Virus record (IMG/VR): IMGVR_UViG_3300017917_003893
Location: 64,001-128,000 of that record
DNA: 64,000 bases
Strand: one strand, 5' to 3'
Source: a virus
The notes beneath the pieces are model-generated. The model searched no databases, was not told the DNA's origin, and saw only the letters and a list, made by a program, of their open reading frames with translations. This document shows positions 1 through 9,764 of the stretch, one piece after another (position 1 is the first letter of the stretch; the number at the start of each line of letters is the position of its first letter). The translations under genes were made by a program, and so were the position numbers.

Positions 1-2
1 CT

Positions 3-869
3 TACTCTGAATACATCGCTGAAAACTTAGACAAATCTATTAGCTATGCTGGTATGATTGCTGAGAAATTAAACACAAAACTTTCTGGTAAATTAAATGA
101 ATCTTGGGAAGAAGAAGAAGCTTTCCCTACATTAAATGCAGCAGGTTTCGAATCTCACGATGAAGAGGAAGAAGTATGTGGTCCAGATGCTGAAGAAGAA
201 TGTGGTCCAATGAATCAAGAAGAGGAAGAAGCAACTTATGAGAACTCACAAGAGGATGAAGAAGATTGTGGTCCAAATTCTTATGAAGAAAACAACGAAG
301 AAGAGGAAAATGAAGAAGAAGTACACAACTATGAAGTTAGTGGTAACTCTGATTCTGAATTATCTGAATCTATTGATAAATTAATTGAAGAAGCTAAAAA
401 ACGTAAAGTTTCTGAATCAAGTGACTTGAACTTCTTAAAGTTCTTAAATAAGTCGCAAGTAGATAGTTTCTATGCTTTGTCTGATGAAGACCAAGAGGCT
501 GTTAAATTTCACATAAGCGAAAGAAATTACTTCACATCTAAAGATGTGTTAAGCCTAATCGCAGAAGCTCTATCAACAAAAAACGAAACTCTTGAAGAAA
601 GAGTAATCAGATTAATGCCTGAAAACGTTAAGGCTATCTGGGGTCAAATGAACGAATCAGCTAAAAAATCTATCTTATCACAAGCTAGACTTTACCCAGC
701 TGAAGTTTTAATGACTGAATCACAAGTTGAGCATTTCTGGTTAACTAGAAATCTCAAGAAAAATGAGTCTGTAACTAAAAAGTTAGTAGCTCACGAAAGT
801 TTAATACAAGAAGATAAACTTTCTGATAATGATGTTACTGCTATTATGGAAAGATTCAAAAACATTTAA
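3..869 (+). CDS. Prohead core/scaffold protein (gp22-like), 5'-truncated by the window edge
   Basis: The frame is open from base 3 (YSEYIAENLDKSISYAG precedes the ATG at 54). The product is very acidic and Glu-rich and lies directly upstream of the major capsid gene, as in T4-like head modules. Confidence 0.65.
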   Translation, partial: YSEYIAENLDKSISYAGMIAEKLNTKLSGKLNESWEEEEAFPTLNAAGFESHDEEEEVCGPDAEEECGPMNQEEEEATYENSQEDEEDCGPNSYEENNEEEENEEEVHNYEVSGNSDSELSESIDKLIEEAKKRKVSESSDLNFLKFLNKSQVDSFYALSDEDQEAVKFHISERNYFTSKDVLSLIAEALSTKNETLEERVIRLMPENVKAIWGQMNESAKKSILSQARLYPAEVLMTESQVEHFWLTRNLKKNESVTKKLVAHESLIQEDKLSDNDVTAIMERFKNI

Positions 870-949
870 TCTATAAAAAATCCACACTTGAAAAAATCAA
901 GAAAATAAAGGATTATATATAGATCACAAAAAAAAATTAAAAACAAATT

Positions 950-2623
950 ATGTCACACATTAGAATAGACAAATCAAAAGCAGTTAAGAAATGGGCTCCG
1001 GTTCTTGAGAACATGGGCGTTTCAACTGAAAGAGTTGAGTGGATGTCAGAAATGGCTGAGTACCATTCAATCAACGAGAACGCATATGTTAATGCTGCTA
1101 ACGTAGCAGGTATGGGTGCTGTTCTTAACCCAGTATTAGGTAGTTTACCTGGTAATGTAACTGGTAACGGTAACGTAGCTGGTTCTGGTGATGTAGGTCA
1201 AAACTTACTTCCAGTAGCTATGAAAATTGCTGCTCAAACAATCGGTTTAGATTTAGTAGCAGTTAAACCAACTCCAGGTCCAAAAATCGACTTACTTTAT
1301 ATTGACTTCCAATATGATGATGTTGATTCTTCAGTAAATGAAAGACCTCAAGTTTTCAAAATCAACGCTGCTACTAACTTAGATGCAGTTGAGACAGTTT
1401 TAGGTCTTCAGTTAGTATCTAAAGGTATCACTGAAACTCAAGGTGGTTTAGCAGGTGGTAGATTATTCTGTGGTATCACAGCTTCTGCTACTTTCACAGC
1501 TACCGAGCCTGCAACTAAAACAGGTTGGGTTGAGTTCTTAGGTTTCTCTCGTATCGATGGTTTCCCAATGTTTAGAGCTTACAGACAAGCTAATACAGCT
1601 GGTCAAGCTAACTACTTTGCGTTTGATGCTACATTAAACACATTCTCAAATGATAGAACATCTACAATTGCTTCTCAAATCGCAAGCATCGGTACTCAAT
1701 CAACTGGTGGTAGTGTTTCAATCGAGTTAGTATCTGCTCTTGAAGACCACATCCCTGGTTTCTCTGCAAACTGGACTTCTGCTGCTTCAGGTCAAGCTGC
1801 TGGTCAATACCCAATGGGTCGTTTAGCTGATGACCAATCATATGCTGGTGTTATCGGTCCAAAAATTTCTTCTAAATCAGTTGCTGTTGGTACTATCGAA
1901 GTATCTTCTGCTCTTAGAAGAACTGAAATCGAAGATATTAAAGCTAACACAGGTATGGATATTGTTCAAAAAATGGAATCTATCCTTGTTAACGAATTAT
2001 CTCAAACAATTTCTAAGCAAATCGTTGCTAAGATTTTTGAAATGGGTGATCTTAACAGATCTTCAGCTCCTACATTTGGTGCTTCTGCTACTATCACTGG
2101 TCAAACTATCTTTGACTTAGATACAGCTTATGTAACTAACGGTCCTGGTGGTGAAACTACTCACGCTGTTCAACGTAAGTTAATCACTAAGATTGCTCAC
2201 GCTTCGAACTTCATCGCTACTGAAGGTCGTGTTGGTCCTGCTCAATACCTTATCACAAACGGAGGTCTTGCTGCTGCTTTACAAGATATCGCTGGTTACA
2301 CAATTAACCCAGTTAAATCTAAATTAAACGGACAAGGACAACTTTACCCAGTAGGTTCAATCGGTGATATTTCAATCTATGTTGACCCATACATGAAGTA
2401 CAACGATAACAGAATCGTTCTTGGTAGAAAGAACAATCCTGACCAACCAGGTATCATTTTCGTACCTTACTTAATGGCTCAGTCTATCTCAGTTATCTCT
2501 GAAGCTACATTCGCACCAAGAATGTTGTTACGTTCAAGATATGCTGTAACTGAAGTTGGTTGGTTCCCACAAAAACAATATATGACTATCAAAGTTAAAG
2601 ATAGCGCAAGCTACCTTAACTAA
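950..2623 (+). CDS. gp23: Major capsid protein, T4 gp23-like
   Basis: gp23-family motifs are present: KWAPVLE, DLVAVKPTPGP, ILVNELSQTI, IYVDPY, PGIIFVPY, FAPRMLLRSRY. Codon usage is strongly biased and a terminator follows. Confidence 0.93.
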   Translation: MSHIRIDKSKAVKKWAPVLENMGVSTERVEWMSEMAEYHSINENAYVNAANVAGMGAVLNPVLGSLPGNVTGNGNVAGSGDVGQNLLPVAMKIAAQTIGLDLVAVKPTPGPKIDLLYIDFQYDDVDSSVNERPQVFKINAATNLDAVETVLGLQLVSKGITETQGGLAGGRLFCGITASATFTATEPATKTGWVEFLGFSRIDGFPMFRAYRQANTAGQANYFAFDATLNTFSNDRTSTIASQIASIGTQSTGGSVSIELVSALEDHIPGFSANWTSAASGQAAGQYPMGRLADDQSYAGVIGPKISSKSVAVGTIEVSSALRRTEIEDIKANTGMDIVQKMESILVNELSQTISKQIVAKIFEMGDLNRSSAPTFGASATITGQTIFDLDTAYVTNGPGGETTHAVQRKLITKIAHASNFIATEGRVGPAQYLITNGGLAAALQDIAGYTINPVKSKLNGQGQLYPVGSIGDISIYVDPYMKYNDNRIVLGRKNNPDQPGIIFVPYLMAQSISVISEATFAPRMLLRSRYAVTEVGWFPQKQYMTIKVKDSASYLN

Positions 2624-2640
2624 TAGTTAAGCATATTAAA

Positions 2641-2669
2641 GAAAAAAGACCCTTAATGGGTCTTTTTTC
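2641..2669 (+). terminator. Intrinsic terminator after the capsid gene
   Basis: gaaaaaagaccc-ttaat-gggtcttttttc hairpin with a T tract. Confidence 0.85.
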
Positions 2670-2690
2670 ATTTTAAATAGTTTTATAATT

Positions 2691-2698
2691 AATATATA
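2691..2698 (+). promoter_or_regulatory. Putative phage late promoter AATATATA (representative copy)
   Basis: The motif recurs a short distance upstream of many starts, for example at 914, 2691, 3098, 12882, 26086, 28602, 34191, 41051, 44659, 45909, 51336 and 55191. It is analogous to the T4 late promoter TATAAATA. Confidence 0.6.
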
Positions 2699-2702
2699 CA
2701 CT

Positions 2703-3092
2703 ATGATAAAGAATTTCAAATTATTTAATGAAGGTAAAAAGGAAAAATTTCCTAATATTCAAAAATTAGACATAGATGGCTTTGTAGTTTATGTTGGAAA
2801 AGATGCTAAGTCAAACGACCATTTAACATTTAATGTTGCTGATAAAGAAGATATTTGGATGCATGTTAAAGGTGTTCCAGGAAGCCATGTTGTTATTCGT
2901 GTTAGAGAAAATTTACCTACAGAAACTGTTATTAAATCTGCTGCTTTATTGGCTAAAAAGAATAGTAAAGCATCTAAGGAAAATAGTGCAACTGTTGTTT
3001 ATTGTCAAAGAAGGTTTGTTAAAAAAGAATCAGGTATGAACGATGGTCAAGTTAAAGTTGATTATACTAATTCTTATCAAATTGTAGTTTAA
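2703..3092 (+). CDS. NFACT-R (DUF814) RNA-binding domain protein, RqcH/FbpA C-terminal-like
   Basis: Motifs VGKDAKSNDHLT, DIWMHVKGVPGSHVVI, AALLA and VVYCQRRFVKK. Confidence 0.85.
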   Translation: MIKNFKLFNEGKKEKFPNIQKLDIDGFVVYVGKDAKSNDHLTFNVADKEDIWMHVKGVPGSHVVIRVRENLPTETVIKSAALLAKKNSKASKENSATVVYCQRRFVKKESGMNDGQVKVDYTNSYQIVV

Positions 3093-3126
3093 TATTTAAT
3101 ATATACAATAATAAAATAACAAAGAG

Positions 3127-4533
3127 ATGGATAAATTATTAAGATATAATCAAATATTTGAAGCTGGTACTCAATCAGTCTCCGCTTCAAATGACCAAGT
3201 TAGAGTTAAGTTTACTCAAGATTTACATGATATTCTTAAAGTATTAGAAGATGAGAATAGTTATATAGCCTTTGAAATGCTTTGGTTAAATGAACCAAAT
3301 TCTAAATACTATAATGGATTAAAAATAGGTAAGGTTGATGTGTCTAAAACAAAATCCTGCTTAGATGTTACTATAGGTGAGAAGGTTCATCCTATGAAAA
3401 TAGAAAATTTTATTAAATTTTATTTTAAAAATTACTTTCAAGCCTCAGATATATCTGAATTCATTGAACAATATGATATTTTAGCTGGTGGTGGTTCTAT
3501 TGAAGACCACAGAGTTAAGATAACACCTGAGCCTTTTAGTTATAATCCAACTGATGTTAGAAGTACATTTATATCTTTAGTAACTAAAACTTATCCACAT
3601 GGTCATGAAGAAGAAGTTATGCAGTTTATGCCAAAACTTGATAAAGATTCTGTTGGTAATTATTATAAAATAATAGGTGAAAATCCAACAACTATGTTTA
3701 CATCTCACTTAGATACTGCTGATAGAAAACAAGGTATTACTAAACTCTTTAGTATGAAAGATGAAAATGGTGATGAAATAATATACACTGATGGATCTAC
3801 TATATTAGGTGCTGATGATAAATCTGGAGTTGCTGTTATGTTATACATGATGGCTAATAATGTTCCGGGTTTATATTATTTCTTTATGGGTGAAGAAAGA
3901 GGTGGTATTGGTTCTGGTTTATTATCATCAGTTTATGAACAAACACCATATTTGAAGGATATTAAAAGATGTGTTTCTTTTGATAGAAGAGATGTTCGTT
4001 CTGTTATTACATCTCAATTAGGTAGAGTTTGTTGTTCTAATCAATTTGGAACAGCTCTTTGTGAACAATATAATAAACAAGGTCTTAATCTTTCTTTAGA
4101 CCCTACTGGTATTTACACAGATTCTGCTTCATTTTTAGAACAAATACCTGAGTGTACTAATATATCTGTTGGATATTACAATGAACATACAGGTAAAGAA
4201 AAACAAAATATTAGTTATTTAGAAAGATTGGCTAAGGCTAGTGTATTAGTTGATTGGAATTCATTACCTACAGTTAGAAAAATAGGTGTAGATGAAGAGA
4301 TAATTAGAAAGTACAGTAAACTAATAAATGATATAAAAGCTAGTCCTTTTGGTATAGATGTTAAGATTACAGCTGAAGAAGGTGGTGGTACTGTTATTAG
4401 ATGTGATTTAGAAGATGGTCAAATAGATGATACATATGAATCTTTATCAACTTTACAATTCTTGTTAAATAAACATAAAGTAAATCAAACAGTTTACTTT
4501 GACGGAGAATATATAAAAATAGATTTATCGTAA
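3127..4533 (+). CDS. M28/M20-family zinc peptidase with N-terminal extension
   Basis: Metal-ligand motifs SHLDT, LGADDKSG, GEERG, SFDRR, YTDS and NEHT. Confidence 0.85.
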   Translation: MDKLLRYNQIFEAGTQSVSASNDQVRVKFTQDLHDILKVLEDENSYIAFEMLWLNEPNSKYYNGLKIGKVDVSKTKSCLDVTIGEKVHPMKIENFIKFYFKNYFQASDISEFIEQYDILAGGGSIEDHRVKITPEPFSYNPTDVRSTFISLVTKTYPHGHEEEVMQFMPKLDKDSVGNYYKIIGENPTTMFTSHLDTADRKQGITKLFSMKDENGDEIIYTDGSTILGADDKSGVAVMLYMMANNVPGLYYFFMGEERGGIGSGLLSSVYEQTPYLKDIKRCVSFDRRDVRSVITSQLGRVCCSNQFGTALCEQYNKQGLNLSLDPTGIYTDSASFLEQIPECTNISVGYYNEHTGKEKQNISYLERLAKASVLVDWNSLPTVRKIGVDEEIIRKYSKLINDIKASPFGIDVKITAEEGGGTVIRCDLEDGQIDDTYESLSTLQFLLNKHKVNQTVYFDGEYIKIDLS

Positions 4534-4988
4534 TGAAACTTAAAAAATTTAACTTATTTCAAGAAAGAGAAGGATTTGATGACATCTATGATTATGATGA
4601 TTATGGTGATGGTGATTATGGTGATGAATTTTCAACTGATGATAAAGAGTATGATCCAAATGAAGATGAAGACTCTGATGATATGGAGCACCTTTGTTAT
4701 TTACTTAGACAGATGATGTACAATTCGGGAATTGATGATGTTTCTGTAGAAAGTAGAGGACTAGATATATCTATTTCTGTTCAATTTAATAGAAAAGAAC
4801 AACTTAAAGATATAGTTAAAACTTTTGGTGTTATTAAAAAGATTAAGAGAGATATACTTGCTCAGTATGAAGACTCTTATGAGATTTGGGAAACAAAAAA
4901 AGGTAGTCCAGTAATCACATTTGATTTTAATTATGATGATGGTAATACTGAAAAATCATCTGATGGTGATGGTGATTATCCTTGGTAA
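4533..4988 (+). CDS. Hypothetical acidic protein with capsid-targeting-like N-terminus
   Basis: ORF translationally coupled to the upstream gene (taatg); begins MKLKKFNLFQE. Confidence 0.7.
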   Translation: MKLKKFNLFQEREGFDDIYDYDDYGDGDYGDEFSTDDKEYDPNEDEDSDDMEHLCYLLRQMMYNSGIDDVSVESRGLDISISVQFNRKEQLKDIVKTFGVIKKIKRDILAQYEDSYEIWETKKGSPVITFDFNYDDGNTEKSSDGDGDYPW

Positions 4989-5007
4989 TTAATTTTTTTC
5001 TAAACTT

Positions 5008-5039
5008 TTTGCTATTTTAAGATATTATATATACATTTG
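5008..5039 (+). promoter_or_regulatory. Bacteroidota-type sigma70 promoter for tmRNA, overlapped by a TATATATA late-type motif
   Basis: TTTG (5008-5011), 20-nt spacer, TACATTTG (5032-5039). Confidence 0.7.
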
Positions 5040-5058
5040 TAGTATAATTAACACACTT

Positions 5059-5438
5059 GGGGATGTTTTAGAATTGATTTGCGGGATGGTGGTGATTATG
5101 CAGGTATCGGCTGGTTAAGTATCCGATTAATAAATTAAGTGACGAATTTGTAAACGGCAACGTTAATGAAGTAGCAAGCAAAGAAGATTTAGTATTTGCT
5201 CTACAAAACAACATGCTCTTGGTAGAAGAGCCAGCAACTGTCTAACAACAGTTACTGTTCAAAAAATTCTCCAACCTGTCTCACACAGGAATAAAAGGGT
5301 GAAATGGTTTTTTGTTACTTATTAGAGTTTTTCAAAAAAAGTAAATATTTCGTAAGTTTAGAAAAAGTTACTATGCCTGTGAATGAATAATTATTAACAA
5401 CCGAAAAAGACACCAGGGGCAGTACCTGGTCATCTCCA
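5059..5438 (+). ncRNA. ssrA: tmRNA (transfer-messenger RNA)
   Basis: 5' GGGGATG pairs with 3' CATCTCC-A, including the G3.U alanine identity pair. T-arm CCAGG-GGCAGTA-CCTGG is preceded by GAC. It is about 380 nt long, has an internal tag ORF, and is flanked by a promoter and a terminator. CCA is not encoded. Confidence 0.9.
5156..5245 (+). other. tmRNA tag reading frame (A)GNVNEVASKEDLVFALQNNMLLVEEPATV*
   Basis: Resume codon GGC follows TAAAC, as in Bacteroidota tags that start with G. 29 codons to TAA. Confidence 0.7.
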
Positions 5439-5442
5439 CAAC

Positions 5443-5468
5443 AGTCCACTCTCAGAGTGGACTTTTTT
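5443..5468 (+). terminator. Terminator after tmRNA
   Basis: agtccact-ctcag-agtggact followed by a T run. Confidence 0.8.
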
Positions 5469-5504
5469 ATTTTAAACAATTTAAGTTATTATAATATAAT
5501 TATT

Positions 5505-6023
5505 ATGATTAATAAATTTGAAGGTAGATTTCGTTTCCTATCAAACTTTTATCCTTGTAAAATAGAACATAAAGGAATTAAATATCCTTCAGTAGAGCAT
5601 TTTTATGTTGCTATGAAAGTAACTGAGATGCAACTCTTAAATGGTATATACTATACAGCCGCTGACTTTAGAGAACTTATATCAAAAATATCAGAACCAG
5701 GTGATGTTAAAAAAATAGGTCAGCGTGTTAAAGTTAGAAAAGATTGGGATGATAAAAAGTTAGAATTTATGAATTGGTCAGTTAGAGAAAAATTTAAAGA
5801 TGAGACTCTTGCTGAAATGTTATTATCAACAGGTGATGAAGAGATAGTAGAAGGTAACTGGTGGCATGATAGATTTTGGGGAGTTTGTATCTGTCCAAAG
5901 TGTTCAAGTTCTGGTGATAATCACTTAGGAAAGATATTAATGTCAATTAGAGATGAAATAAAATTATCAAATCAAAAACCTTCAATAGAAGATTTTATAA
6001 AAGAAAAAAATAAATTAAAATAA
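5505..6023 (+). CDS. NADAR (YbiA-like) family hydrolase
   Basis: Motifs FLSNFY, YPSVEHFY, KFKD..LAEMLLSTG, EGNWWHDRFWG and NHLGKILM. Start moved to the ATG at 5505 because the upstream GTG lies inside the terminator. Confidence 0.9.
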   Translation: MINKFEGRFRFLSNFYPCKIEHKGIKYPSVEHFYVAMKVTEMQLLNGIYYTAADFRELISKISEPGDVKKIGQRVKVRKDWDDKKLEFMNWSVREKFKDETLAEMLLSTGDEEIVEGNWWHDRFWGVCICPKCSSSGDNHLGKILMSIRDEIKLSNQKPSIEDFIKEKNKLK

Positions 6024-6980
6024 ATGAGTGTAATTTCGTATTTCGGTGGTAAATCATCAAATGTATTCATTGAGTTTATTAACTCAAAGATACCAAAAGA
6101 TGGTTCTATTAAAACATACTTGGAGCCTTTTTCTGGCTCAATGGGAACGTATATGGACGACCCAAAATTAAAATTTGATGTAGTTGTCTACAATGATAAA
6201 AATCGCCACCAGGTGAACTTATATAAGTGTTGTTCAGAACCAGAAACTTTTGTACAATATTTACAAAACCTTAAAAACACTTTGCTACATACAACTGAAA
6301 CTGATCCTTTGAAAAAGTGGGATTTTTATAAAGGTATTTACAAAGAATACATCAAGAATGATTTCCTAGATGATATGAACTTTGAAATTGGTGATTATGA
6401 AAAAGCGGCTATTTATGCTTTCCTAATCACATCTGCTCATAATTCAGTTTATCCTCGTGGTGCTGGTTTCAATGGTTATAAAAAAGATAAAGATAGACTT
6501 AAATTAGAAGTTCTTATTGATAAATTAAAAAAGAATAAGTATACTGAAAAGTTGAAATCTATTACTGATTTTTATAATATTGATTTTGAAGAGCTTATTA
6601 CTAAATATGATTCTGAAGATACCTACTTGTATTTAGATCCTCCTTATGCTCGTTTTGATGAAGCTAAAGGTGAAGATGATGCTAAAAGATTATTTTGGTA
6701 TGGTGCTGATGCTGAAGGTGTTTTTGGTCCAGCTTCTCATAGAAGACTTTTAGAATTGATTAAGAAATCTAAATCTCGTTGGTCTTTATCATACTACTAT
6801 TTTCCTCTATTAGAGGAATTGTTACCAAGAGACCAATATATCTGGACTGAAAAAGAAGTATTCAGAAGTTCGGCTCAAGGTGGTAATAACCATGAGGGCA
6901 AAGGTGAACAAGCTAAAGGTGTTGAGTTGTTAATTTTAAATTATGACCCAATTACGGGTAAAAAAATAAATTTTGAATAA
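6024..6980 (+). CDS. dam: DNA adenine methyltransferase, Dam/D12 class
   Basis: Motifs YFGGKS, YLEPFSGS, VYNDKN and YLDPPY. Confidence 0.85.
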   Translation: MSVISYFGGKSSNVFIEFINSKIPKDGSIKTYLEPFSGSMGTYMDDPKLKFDVVVYNDKNRHQVNLYKCCSEPETFVQYLQNLKNTLLHTTETDPLKKWDFYKGIYKEYIKNDFLDDMNFEIGDYEKAAIYAFLITSAHNSVYPRGAGFNGYKKDKDRLKLEVLIDKLKKNKYTEKLKSITDFYNIDFEELITKYDSEDTYLYLDPPYARFDEAKGEDDAKRLFWYGADAEGVFGPASHRRLLELIKKSKSRWSLSYYYFPLLEELLPRDQYIWTEKEVFRSSAQGGNNHEGKGEQAKGVELLILNYDPITGKKINFE

Positions 6981-7572
6981 TATGTATAAATTTGAATCTG
7001 AAGAAATACTTGGTCTAATAAAAGAAATCCAAGAGACTAGAATATGTGATACTGACAAGGGATCTTATCATACTTACACTGGTATGTATGAAGAGATATT
7101 ATCACAATATAAAAATAGAGATTGTACATTATTAGAAATTGGTGTGCAATCTGGTGGATCTGCTTTACTTTGGAGTAGATATTTACCAAATGCTAAATTA
7201 TCTTTTTCTGATATTAATCAACTTAATCAAGTAGTAATTGATATGATTGGTGATAAGTGTATTTTTCATTTAGGTGATGCTTATTCGGATTATGGATCAA
7301 GTGCTATTAAAAGTGCTAGACCAGACGGATTTGATGTTATAATTGATGATGGTCCACATACCCTTCAATCAATGGTTGAATGCATTAGAAGATATTTACC
7401 TGTGGTTAAAAAAGGCGGATATCTTATAATTGAAGATATTCAAGATATTTCTTGGTGTGAAGTGTTAAGAAATGAAGTTCCTTTAGAATATAAAGAAAGT
7501 ATTGAGGTTTTTGATATAAGAAATTTCAAAGGTAGATATGACGATATTGTTTTTATAGTTAAAAAAAATTAA
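6973..7572 (+). CDS. Class I SAM-dependent methyltransferase (Methyltransf_24-like)
   Basis: Motifs LLEIGVQSGGS, FDVIIDDGPH and GGYLIIEDI. Confidence 0.85.
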   Translation: MNNMYKFESEEILGLIKEIQETRICDTDKGSYHTYTGMYEEILSQYKNRDCTLLEIGVQSGGSALLWSRYLPNAKLSFSDINQLNQVVIDMIGDKCIFHLGDAYSDYGSSAIKSARPDGFDVIIDDGPHTLQSMVECIRRYLPVVKKGGYLIIEDIQDISWCEVLRNEVPLEYKESIEVFDIRNFKGRYDDIVFIVKKN

Positions 7573-7573
7573 T

Positions 7574-7780
7574 ATGAGTTATCCCTTACCAAATCAAAAA
7601 TATAATCATTATAAAGGTGGTACATATGAAGTTATTTCTATGGCTACTCATACTGAAACAGGAGAAAAGTTGGTAGTTTATAAATCTATCAACTTTGGCT
7701 CTGTTTATGTTAGACCTTACGACCTGTGGTCTGAAACTTTAGAAGGCGGTCAAAAAAGATTTGAACTAATAAATGAATAA
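7574..7780 (+). CDS. DUF1653 family protein
   Basis: YNHYKGGTYEV..ATHTETGEKLVVYKS..VYVRP..RFE. Confidence 0.85.
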   Translation: MSYPLPNQKYNHYKGGTYEVISMATHTETGEKLVVYKSINFGSVYVRPYDLWSETLEGGQKRFELINE

Positions 7781-8513
7781 TATTATAAAAGATTTCAAAC
7801 AAAGAGGTGATATTATTAAAATTTATGATTGGATGAAAATTAATAAGAATCTAAATAATTTTGATAAGAAACAAGTTTCTATGAAAAATAATTCAGGCAT
7901 TGGTACTGCTTTTAATATAGATGTTACAAGCATTGTTACTAGTACACTTATCAATGAATTAAATCAAGATTTAATTAGAACTATTTTGAAATCAATGTTT
8001 AATACTCAAAATTTTGATTATTTAGATTTAAGACCAGATGGTTCTCTAATGACTGGTAGAGTTCATCTTGAGAGGTTAGTACAAATGATTTATCAAAGCG
8101 GTTATAAAAATGTTATCACAACTGGCATGATAGCTTCTGAACTTATGGATAGTGCTTACTTTTTATCCAATGGGTTTAAAAATGCTAGTATGAGTGCTAC
8201 TTCAACATTTTATAATTCAGGTAGTTTAAATGGTGTTAAAGTTTGGGTTGATCCATATATGAAATTTAACGATGGTAGATTATGTCTGTTCAATGAGGTT
8301 GATATCAACATTGAAGACGTTGACTTAGTTGAATTTATTGACCCAGTTGATGCACAGTCCACATTCAAGATTCAGTATAAATCCGACTTTATTGTAAATG
8401 ACTCTAAATTAATATTTGTAATTGAGAATGAAAACTCCGAGGCATATATTCAATATAAGTCGTTACAAAGAGATATAAAAATAGATAATATTTTAGATGG
8501 CAAATCTTTCTAA
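7773..8513 (+). CDS. Truncated major-capsid paralogue with C-terminal RDIKIDNIL peptide
   Basis: TLINELNQDL, NVITTGMIASELMD and GVKVWVDPYMKFNDGRL align with the capsid segments ILVNELSQTI, YLITNGGLAAALQD and DISIYVDPYMKYNDNRI. Confidence 0.8.
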   Translation: MNNIIKDFKQRGDIIKIYDWMKINKNLNNFDKKQVSMKNNSGIGTAFNIDVTSIVTSTLINELNQDLIRTILKSMFNTQNFDYLDLRPDGSLMTGRVHLERLVQMIYQSGYKNVITTGMIASELMDSAYFLSNGFKNASMSATSTFYNSGSLNGVKVWVDPYMKFNDGRLCLFNEVDINIEDVDLVEFIDPVDAQSTFKIQYKSDFIVNDSKLIFVIENENSEAYIQYKSLQRDIKIDNILDGKSF

Positions 8514-8715
8514 TACATTTCAAATAAATAGTACCTGTGGTTCAAGTGCTTTAACGATTGATTCTGATGGTAATACGGTTGTAAATAAGCTGGTTCTTTT
8601 GGATGAAAAAACAGGAAATAAATGGGAAGTTAAAATATCGCATGGTGAACTAGTGGTTGAGCCTTTAGAATTAGAAGATAAAAGAGAATTTAAATTAAAT
8701 AAAATATTGAAATGA
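8497..8715 (+). CDS. Small hypothetical protein ending KREFKLNKILK
   Basis: ORF overlaps both neighbours and carries the shared peptide. Confidence 0.65.
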   Translation: MANLSNTFQINSTCGSSALTIDSDGNTVVNKLVLLDEKTGNKWEVKISHGELVVEPLELEDKREFKLNKILK

Positions 8716-9257
8716 AATACACAGTCTCAGTTTATGGCTATGGAGCCGAAGTAACTATTGGTTCTGTTAATGAAGAATTAAAACAGATACTAAGTAATCC
8801 AGAAAAAGAGTTGATAGATATTGTCACTGAAGATATTGAAGATTTTGGTAGTTGGTATGAAATAGATGACCAATATCACAAATGGAGTGCCGCTGGAAAT
8901 TTTACAATTTTAGTTGAAGATGAAAATGGAAACGAAGTTTGTAAAATAGATTCAGAAAATATGCACAAACATGATACAGATAATTTTGAATTAGTAGAAT
9001 ATGATTGTATAGAAGTTGATGATTCTAAAGATTTGTTAATGTGTGTAGCCTATGAAAAAGGTTCATTTTTTGAAGGAGATATTGAAACTGATAGATTTGA
9101 AATATCAAAGTTAAAAATTAAAATAGATGGTGAGATAGGTATTGAAGAATGTTACTTTGGTGATATTATATCTGGTATCTATTATGATGATGAAGAAGTT
9201 GATAACTATGGTGGTGGTACCGATGGTAAATCATTTGAAGTTTATAAGAACTTTTAA
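8712..9257 (+). CDS. Hypothetical acidic phage protein
   Basis: 181-aa ORF coupled by atga; followed by a terminator. Confidence 0.7.
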   Translation: MKYTVSVYGYGAEVTIGSVNEELKQILSNPEKELIDIVTEDIEDFGSWYEIDDQYHKWSAAGNFTILVEDENGNEVCKIDSENMHKHDTDNFELVEYDCIEVDDSKDLLMCVAYEKGSFFEGDIETDRFEISKLKIKIDGEIGIEECYFGDIISGIYYDDEEVDNYGGGTDGKSFEVYKNF

Positions 9258-9261
9258 AAAG

Positions 9262-9292
9262 AAAAAACCTCAGAGAAATCTGAGGTTTTTTT
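9262..9292. terminator. Bidirectional intrinsic terminator
   Basis: A-run, cctcaga-gaaa-tctgagg, T-run, between convergent genes. Confidence 0.85.
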
Positions 9293-9299
9293 ATTTATT

Positions 9300-9764
9300 T
9301 TACTCTTCAGTATATATTTTAGCTGAGAACTTTGGTGACTTATAATCAACATCAGTTGTGTTTGTAACACAACTATCATCATCAGCCTCACCACTCTTTA
9401 CTATTCTCAAAGCCTCCTGCTCATTTTTTGCTTCTATGATATATTCACGATATGCTCTTACTGGATAATCAATAGTTACTATATAAGTTTCATTGCTTGA
9501 TTGACCTTCATTAGTGCCTTCTAATTCTTCAATTGCATCAATTTTATCTTCAATCTCAGCAGGACTTAAATCATCCATCTTACGAGTTACTTTATTGAAT
9601 TTATATCTTGAGTTAGCAAAATTCTTTTGATACTCATCAGAATTAGGCTTATTTTGTCTATTCATTTTCTTTAGTTCATCTTTCTCAGAATCTGCTGAGA
9701 AATCCTTAAAGTTTACTACTTTTCTATTTACATTGAATGTAGGTTGATTATCTTTATAAGTCAT
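9300..9764 (-). CDS. Hypothetical protein
   Basis: 154-aa ORF with an AATATATA motif upstream on the minus strand. Confidence 0.7.
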   Translation of the reverse strand: MTYKDNQPTFNVNRKVVNFKDFSADSEKDELKKMNRQNKPNSDEYQKNFANSRYKFNKVTRKMDDLSPAEIEDKIDAIEELEGTNEGQSSNETYIVTIDYPVRAYREYIIEAKNEQEALRIVKSGEADDDSCVTNTTDVDYKSPKFSAKIYTEE

